NCBI GenBank assembly: GCA_027310305.1
Contig: DAIDBD010000007.1
Span: forward strand, 217,114-249,113
Direction of reading: 5' to 3'
DNA from: Herminiimonas sp.
GTDB taxonomy: Bacteria; Pseudomonadota; Gammaproteobacteria; Burkholderiales; Burkholderiaceae_D
DNA: 32,000 nucleotides
The position numbers and the translations under genes are program-made. The notes under the pieces were generated by a model, which saw nothing but the letters and a program-made list of their open reading frames with translations, searched no databases and was not told the DNA's origin. Shown piece after piece: positions 26,048 to 32,000 of the stretch (positions within the stretch are counted from its first letter, which is position 1; the number at the start of each line of letters is the position of its first letter).

Positions 26048-26655
26048 AGCGCAAGATTGTTAAGGTCAATGAAGCTGTTGAGCAGCGTGCCGGAAGGATC
26101 AATTTTCACGGCCAGCCGGCCTTCGGTGAAGTCGATCTGGACCTTGTGGGCGCCTTTTTGCAGGCAGCGCCGAATTTCGGTTTCGTGTTCGCGCAACAGA
26201 TCATCAATAAACTGTTCACGGCTGTAATCCGGCAGCCCTTCGGGCGGATACATCAGGCTCAAGGCCGATGGCGAAATGACTGCCTGCTTGATCGGCATGG
26301 TCGCATAGCGTTGTGCGGCATCGAGATAACTGTCGGCATATCGTTTATAGCGAAACGGGCCGCCCGTCAGGCGGAGCATGCGACGGGTATGGCCGGCGGC
26401 AAAGGGAATCTTGAAGCCATCCGGCGCCGTGTTCGGCAGGCCGTGCACGCAATAGGTCCAGAAATTATGATATTTCCGCTGTTCGCCGTCCGTAATGACA
26501 GGCGATCCGGTCGCTTCGAATTCTGCAATGGTGTCGCGGATCGCCAGATCATAGAGCTTATCCAGCGCGGCATCGTCAATCGCCGCTTGTGCCACTGCGT
26601 CGAGCAATGCAAGTGGTCGCGGGATACTGCCTATCGGTTCGGTTGGAATTGACAT
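26008..26655 (-). pseudogene. 3'-truncated cobalamin-independent methionine-synthase-like (MetE C-terminal-domain family) gene
   Basis: MSIPTEPIGSIPRP...ITDGEQRKYHNFWTY...RYKRYAD...KQAVISPSAL...HKVQIDFTEGRLA is typical of the roughly 370-aa family. Homology stops near ...FIDLNNLALS (about 26050). The ORF then runs into the kinase remnant in another frame. Confidence 0.65.
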
Positions 26656-27391
26656 GAAGGGGACGTTCCTGATTAGTGAGCTTGTTCCTGGTCAGCCGGT
26701 TTTGAACAAATGATTTTAATCACCCATTGCTGGCGATTGTATTATCGAAAAATATGTTCATATCGCCTTGAGTCCATTCTACTTTTTCATCGCGGAAGCC
26801 GTGATGGATTTTTTTCCTGCCGTTTTCAACGTTCATTGCAATTCAGCAGCATCCCGATGTTCTCGCTTCAGGCCATTCATAAATGATTGGCCTGCATAAA
26901 TTGATGCTTTTGTTTGATTCTATTTGAACGGTGGGCGCAGGCTTGGCGCCAATAATGCGATTCCACATCGGAATGGAGTTTTTCCGTCTTGCTCGACAAT
27001 CAAATGTAATGTGTACCGCAATCGCCACAACCGATCCGGCGCGAAACAAGAGAACCGGGGTCTCCTCGATTTAGTGGCAACGAAATTGATTTCTCTCAAG
27101 CGCGTGCCGGGGTTGTCCCGCTACTGTTCGATTACGGAAACCGGCAATCGCCGAAAATTTTCCGACAGATCGCACAGGGACCAGATGACAGAATTTAATG
27201 CGAAAAGACCGGATGGCCGGTGGAAACAGACAATTTGCCGCCGCGTTTTCTTGATCGGCCGCGATGGAGGCGGTGGCATCGCAGCCATCCTGCTCACGCA
27301 ATATTTTCATATTTCATGACCGTACCATCGCCGATCACCATGCCGGTATTCGCACCGATGCCGCTTTCTTCCCTTACAGAGAAAAATCCAC

Positions 27392-29530
27392 ATGCTTGAC
27401 ATAGCGTTCCAGCGATCTTTTTTTCGCGCATTATCGTGCGCAATCTTTACGGCAATGCTGCTGGCTTCATGCGGAGGCTCGAATGGCGATCCCACACAGG
27501 CCGGCAGCGCGCAATCCAATGCCGTTGCAACCGCGCCGTCCGCTGCGCCAGGCCGATTTTCCGCCACCGCTGCCGCAGTAATCTGGACGCCATGCGCATC
27601 CGAATGGGCGGTATGTTCTTTTTCCGGCACGCAGCAAGTGCGCTATGGCGGCAACAACATCTATGCATACAAAACCGCAACCGGGTCGATCGAATGCACC
27701 AATGCGGTGTTCGGCGACCCGCTGCCGGGCGGCGTGAAAACCTGCGAATATTCAGGTTCCGCGCCGCCGCCGACCGAAACCTGGACGGCTTGCGGAGCGG
27801 AATGGTCGCTGTGTTCGTTCTCGGGAACGCGCCAGGTGCGTTACGGCGGAGCCGGCGTCTATTTCTACAAGGCCGCAACCGGGGCGATTCAATGCAACAA
27901 CAGCGTGTTCGGCGACCCATTGCCGGGTGGCGTAAAAGCCTGCGAATATGCGGGCGCGGCTTCCCCACCGCCGCCGCCGCCGCCAGCCGGAACATGGACA
28001 GCCTGCGGAGCGGAATGGTCGCTGTGCTCGTTCTCCGGCACGCGTCAGGTGCGTTACGGCGGAGCCGGCATCTATGCCTACAAGACCGCAACCGGTTCGA
28101 TCGAATGCACCAACGCGGTGTTCGGCGATCCGCTGCCGGGCGGAGAAAAAGCGTGCGAGTATGCGGATGCCGCGCCTCCTCCCAATCCGCCGCCGGCAGT
28201 CACGCTGCCGGCACCCACCACGGCGGCCATGACCATGAGCTGCGTCGGCGGCTCGGCCTACCAGTGCAGCGGGACCGGCATCATACGCAGCGACAACGGC
28301 GTGGCGTTGACGCGATCGGGCGTGCAGGCATACGGAAAATCCACCAATGATCTTGTAACGCCGATTGAAAACCCTACCACCGCGTATGGCTTGACCCCGG
28401 CATCAGGCGGTCTTGCGGAACTCAGGCTGGCCAAGGACGGCAGCAGCTTCGTATCCGACCCGGCGATGGTGCTGAGCAATCTCGGCATCACATGGGATGG
28501 AAAAGCGGAGCGTCCGGCAATTGTCGAGACTTTCAAAACCACGGCAGGTTTTGTCAGGCTCGATTCAACCGGAGCGATCACTACCGGCTCGCTGCCGGCG
28601 AGTTCGAATCTCGGTTACTACGACTACGCGACCAAAGGCCCGGCCGCCACCCAGGCGAACTATGCCAACAACCAGTACTTTCCACGCAGCGGTCCATCGC
28701 GTTGCCCATCCTACATGGTGGTGTGCCCGACTATCGAAACGACCGGCGTGCAGTATTTGCCGGGCGACTGGCGGACCGGCGGCGGCACGCCGGATATGGC
28801 AACCGCCACCCGCGAGCACGGGGATGGCGATGTGCACGCCGGCGACGGCATACCGGACCCGGTTACCGGCGCCCGGACGGACCTGCCCGGCGGCTCCGGG
28901 CCGGGCGTGCCGTTCCCGGGCACGAAAGGCACGCGCGATCTGATGAACTGGAGTTTCCGCTACGGCAATCTGGCCGCATGGAAGACGAAGGACACCGTGT
29001 ATATCAATGAATGGGGTCCGAACAATGAACATAACCAGAACCGGCGCGGCCTCGTGGCATTCGGCGACGTGTCCAATCCGTCCACGGTGCCGGTCGCCGG
29101 CACGGCGACCTACACCGGCTTCGTCTACGGCTGGTACGCTCCCAATAATGCGCCCAATCCCACCGCAGAGGCTTCGCTGTTCCGTGGAGACGCCATGATT
29201 ACCGTGAATTTCGTGACGCGCGCAGTCGCCGTGACGGTCACCAATACGCTGGCGCAAACCGAGCCGGGCGGCCCGTATCAGATACCGGTGCCTGTTTCGC
29301 TCAATGCAACTGCGGCAATGGGCGCCGCCGGAGAAACCGTCGCCAACTATCTGACCGGACCGGCAGACAACGGCACGCTGAAGGGCGGGCTTAGCGGACG
29401 TTACTTCGGGCCGGTGGTGACCACCGGCGTCAGCGGGGCGGGGCCGGCGGAAATCGGCGGCGCATTTTCGCTGTCGAATGCGGCAACCGGCCAGACCGCC
29501 GTTGGCGGGTTCCTCGGACGCAAGCAGTAA
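27392..29530 (+). CDS. Large lipoprotein with three Cys-containing 56-aa repeats and a TbpB/fHbp-like C-terminal beta-barrel domain
   Basis: Lipobox LLASC|GG. Repeats lie at 27584-27751, 27782-27949 and 27995-28162, separated by Pro-rich linkers. The C-terminus (TATYTGFVYGWY...ITVNFVTRAVAVTV...LKGGLSGRYFGP...EIGGAFSL...GGFLGRKQ) resembles surface-lipoprotein handle/barrel domains. Confidence 0.8.
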   Translation: MLDIAFQRSFFRALSCAIFTAMLLASCGGSNGDPTQAGSAQSNAVATAPSAAPGRFSATAAAVIWTPCASEWAVCSFSGTQQVRYGGNNIYAYKTATGSIECTNAVFGDPLPGGVKTCEYSGSAPPPTETWTACGAEWSLCSFSGTRQVRYGGAGVYFYKAATGAIQCNNSVFGDPLPGGVKACEYAGAASPPPPPPPAGTWTACGAEWSLCSFSGTRQVRYGGAGIYAYKTATGSIECTNAVFGDPLPGGEKACEYADAAPPPNPPPAVTLPAPTTAAMTMSCVGGSAYQCSGTGIIRSDNGVALTRSGVQAYGKSTNDLVTPIENPTTAYGLTPASGGLAELRLAKDGSSFVSDPAMVLSNLGITWDGKAERPAIVETFKTTAGFVRLDSTGAITTGSLPASSNLGYYDYATKGPAATQANYANNQYFPRSGPSRCPSYMVVCPTIETTGVQYLPGDWRTGGGTPDMATATREHGDGDVHAGDGIPDPVTGARTDLPGGSGPGVPFPGTKGTRDLMNWSFRYGNLAAWKTKDTVYINEWGPNNEHNQNRRGLVAFGDVSNPSTVPVAGTATYTGFVYGWYAPNNAPNPTAEASLFRGDAMITVNFVTRAVAVTVTNTLAQTEPGGPYQIPVPVSLNATAAMGAAGETVANYLTGPADNGTLKGGLSGRYFGPVVTTGVSGAGPAEIGGAFSLSNAATGQTAVGGFLGRKQ

Positions 29531-29557
29531 AAAGGAGCAGCGCAGGCAAGAACGCGC

Positions 29558-30913
29558 CTACATCCCCGAAGGGTACGTTTCCGGCAGCTCGATATGTTCC
29601 ATGCTGGCCGGTGCGTCCAGCGGCTTTACTGCGCGCGTCTGGTCAAAGTGAATCAGTGCGTCGAACTGGTTTCCCAGATCGGCATGGAAATAATGACTCA
29701 AGCGTTCGGACTCCGGCAGGTAGACCACGCCGATGGCTCTTTCGAGCCGCCGTTCATGCAGGCGGGCCAGTAATTTTTTACGCCCGCGAATCGGCAAAAG
29801 AAAGTTGCCCAGCCTGGTGTCGTGCAGCAAGTTTTCGAAACTGTCGCTCCTTGCCGGCTGCACGGTTTTCGTTTCGGACGGGCTCTCCCAATCCGATGCG
29901 GCGGTGACCGTGCCGGAATGCGTCGTGAATCCAAGCAGGAACGTGTCTTGGTCGCCGTAGCGTTCGCGCACCAGTTGCCCCAGGTTGATCTGCCCATGCT
30001 GTCCCATTTCAGTCGCGCGCGCATCGCCGATATGCGAGTTGTGCGCCCATACGACGATTTTTGCCGGCGCCTTTCCACGCTTGCCGAGATGTCTGCGCAA
30101 CGCATCGAGCGTGTCGGCCATGTGCGTGTCACGGACGTTCCATGACTCGTCCCTTCCCTGGAACATCGCGCGATAATACGCTTCGGCATTCTGCGCGACC
30201 CGCGCATTCTGTTCGGCATAAAATGCATCGTCGGCACCGGCCACGCCACCGCGTTGCGCATACCGTTCGATGTTGGCCGACAATCCCATCAGTTGCCGCA
30301 TCACTTCCAGTTCGCAATCCTTGCGCATGCCGAATGTGGTCGCATAACCGTATCGCTGCGGATCTTCCGCAAGATGATCGAAGCAGGCATAGCGGGCGCG
30401 GGCGCGCTTTGCGGCTTCAGGATCGACTCTAGAAAGATACCGGATGACTGCATCCATCGAACTGCGCAGACTGTATAAATCGAGGCCGAAAAATCCGGAC
30501 TTGTTTTCAAGCTCCGGTATGCCGGCGTTGAATTCATGCAACCAGTCGACCAGATTGATGACGTCCGCATTGCGCCACATCCATCGCGGAAACCGCAGAA
30601 AGCCGCCGAGCGCGCCGTCGGCGGTGGCATCGCGCATGCCGGCATCGTCATTTCTTCCCTGAATGAACCGGTTTACCCGCAACGCATCCGGCCAATCGCA
30701 TTCGACCAAGACTGCGCAGAATCCCTTTTCCATCAAAAGCCGCCTGGTGATTACCGTTCGTGCGCGGTAAAACTCGTGCGTCCCATGCGTCGCTTCGCCC
30801 AGCAGCACGACCGATGCATTGCCGACCAGGCTGAGTACCGCATCGTAGTCCCGCTCGGCTCGCAAGACTACTGCTTCGGTTCGCATTGCATCAATGATTG
30901 AATGAATAGTCAT
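29558..30913 (-). CDS. Erythromycin esterase family protein (EreA/ChaN-like fold)
   Basis: VVLLGEATHGTHEFYRAR...GFCAVLVECDWPDA...VVWAHNSHIGD are characteristic motifs of the family. Confidence 0.85.
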   Translation of the reverse strand: MTIHSIIDAMRTEAVVLRAERDYDAVLSLVGNASVVLLGEATHGTHEFYRARTVITRRLLMEKGFCAVLVECDWPDALRVNRFIQGRNDDAGMRDATADGALGGFLRFPRWMWRNADVINLVDWLHEFNAGIPELENKSGFFGLDLYSLRSSMDAVIRYLSRVDPEAAKRARARYACFDHLAEDPQRYGYATTFGMRKDCELEVMRQLMGLSANIERYAQRGGVAGADDAFYAEQNARVAQNAEAYYRAMFQGRDESWNVRDTHMADTLDALRRHLGKRGKAPAKIVVWAHNSHIGDARATEMGQHGQINLGQLVRERYGDQDTFLLGFTTHSGTVTAASDWESPSETKTVQPARSDSFENLLHDTRLGNFLLPIRGRKKLLARLHERRLERAIGVVYLPESERLSHYFHADLGNQFDALIHFDQTRAVKPLDAPASMEHIELPETYPSGM

Positions 30914-31286
30914 CAGTGTTCAGCCAAAAAAGATTCTGGTCAGGTGCATCACTATGGGCTGATTAGTCATTGGAATTTTGCTCAAGTCCCGATAAACGAT
31001 ATGTCGAGTTGCATGGCGTCAGCAGCACCGATGCACCGTCGCCACATTCTATTGACAATACGTTTGCCAATTTAGTTTAGTCATCTTGTTAATGTTGCGG
31101 CAGAACCAATAAAATTCTGCGAAAAATGCTTGAATCAACCGGTTTGGCTTACTTATTTTCTGGCCTGCCGGCAATAATTGATGGGCAAAAAGCGTAGTCT
31201 TACCCAGTATTTTTAACCTGCTCAATATCATTGAAGCGGCTTTTTATTAAGGTAATATTTACACAGAGGTCAGTAATTTAAACGAC

Positions 31287-31311
31287 ACATGCGGCGCATT
31301 GCGCCGCATGT
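31287..31311. repeat. Short perfect palindrome ACATGCGGCGCA-T-TGCGCCGCATGT
   Basis: It has the same termini as the 97-bp element at 14104-14200. Confidence 0.8.
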
Positions 31312-31541
31312 CTTCCCGCCCAAGGCAACATCACTATTGCCGCTTTAAACACTGACTTCTGTGTAATCCGGTTTCGGCTCGCCAAATCTGATTCAAGCTG
31401 TAGATGATCGATGCATTGCAATGCAAAGGAGATACCGCACCTGAACACACCCGGAACAGAACGCCGCATCATTCGACATGGCTTGCTGCGGCGCTTTTGC
31501 CTCCGATTTGAAAATCTATAAAAGCAATAAAGGAGACAAAA

Positions 31542-32000
31542 ATGTTCAGTCCGTATTCAAAACATGCCAAGACCATGCTGGTCGCGATCGGCTTGATCGC
31601 GACCGCCGCCATATTCAATCCGGCGTCTGCCGCAGTGGTGCTGCCGAAGTACAACGTCAGCTTCGATAATGTTTCCGTATCCGGCATTTCGTCCGGCGGC
31701 TATATGGCGGCGCAGATGCATTTCGCTTATTCGAAGACCGTTAAAAAAGGCGCCGGGGTCGTGGCAGGCGGGCCCGTCTATTGTTCGCAAGGGAATGTCA
31801 GCATCGCGACCGGACCGTGCATGGCAAATACCGGATCGAGGAACCTTCCGTATTTGTTATCAGTCGTCAATACCTGGTCGGGAAACGGCTATATCGATCC
31901 GGTCTCGAACCTGGCATCGTCGAAGGTCTACCTGATTTCCGGGACGCTCGATTCGACGGTAAAACAGCCGGTGATGAATGATCCTAAAAACCGCAGTTAA
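31542..32000 (+). CDS. Secreted esterase, PHB-depolymerase-like (GxSxG = GISSGG)
   Basis: Signal peptide ...NPASAAV. VSVSGISSGGYMAAQMHFAY...GAGVVAGGPVYC is typical of extracellular PHB depolymerase/esterase family proteins. The ORF stop coincides with the last three bases of the window, so its completeness is uncertain. Confidence 0.65.
   Translation: MFSPYSKHAKTMLVAIGLIATAAIFNPASAAVVLPKYNVSFDNVSVSGISSGGYMAAQMHFAYSKTVKKGAGVVAGGPVYCSQGNVSIATGPCMANTGSRNLPYLLSVVNTWSGNGYIDPVSNLASSKVYLISGTLDSTVKQPVMNDPKNRS

Noticed and set aside
27307-27391. A minus-strand reading EESGIGANTGMVIGDGTVMKYENIA that resembles a hexapeptide-repeat transferase tail
   Set aside because: It is only about 25 residues with no surrounding ORF, which is too short to tell from chance. 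At best it is another gene remnant.
27584-28162. Three roughly 170-bp tandem repeats that might be mistaken for a CRISPR or VNTR array
   Set aside because: The repeats are long, in frame and diverge mostly at synonymous or conservative sites. The spacers encode Pro-rich linkers. These are protein-domain repeats, not CRISPR.
27436-29257. Several long alternative-frame ORFs (304, 214, 230, 172 and 148 aa) within the lipoprotein gene
   Set aside because: They are Arg/Pro/Ala-rich shadow frames in GC-rich repeat DNA. The annotated frame has a lipobox, structured repeats and a recognisable C-terminal domain.
31542-32000. The esterase ORF ending exactly at the window edge as evidence of truncation or pseudogenisation
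   Set aside because: This cannot be told apart from a coincidence of window placement without the downstream sequence. It is only noted in the feature evidence.

Overview
This is a chromosomal segment from a moderately GC-rich proteobacterium. REP-type repeats of the ...FDKLRTNG... kind hint at a betaproteobacterium, but I cannot verify the taxon here. The backbone genes are mostly signalling, envelope and metal-homeostasis functions:
- a PAS-GGDEF-EAL protein
- a sensor-less hybrid histidine kinase, a small ORF and a KaiC-like double RecA ATPase in one operon
- a PBP7-like endopeptidase and a DUF3014 protein
- a MerR regulator with an aldo/keto reductase
- an orphan Wzz-like protein, an orphan DctP and a tartrate-dehydrogenase-family enzyme
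- an RcnR-type repressor, a DUF1289 protein and a CDF exporter with a textbook G-tract operator
- a large repeat-containing lipoprotein with a TbpB-like C-terminus, an erythromycin-esterase-family protein and a PHB-depolymerase-like esterase

The standout is a visibly AT-richer filamentous (inovirus-type) prophage of about 7.44 kb at 18235-25677. It carries a repressor, a Rep_trans-like initiator, an ssDNA-binding candidate, small and major coat proteins, g3p-like and g6p-like proteins and a Zot/g1p ATPase. It encodes no integrase and no secretin.

The prophage sits precisely inside a CheY-like receiver-domain coding sequence and is flanked by a 5-bp AATAT repeat. A perfect XerD-arm consensus (TTATGTTAAAT) lies at its right end, which suggests Xer-dependent integration at a non-dif pseudo-site. 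The inferred attP lies inside the 3' end of the phage repressor ORF, so integration swaps the C-terminal tails of the repressor and the host protein.

The prophage also carries an uncharacterised three-gene minus-strand module, a roughly 200-nt imperfect hairpin and a palindromic operator cluster. The surrounding host locus is a patchwork of gene remnants. Several REP/palindromic repeat families are present. I recognised no rRNA, tRNA or CRISPR.
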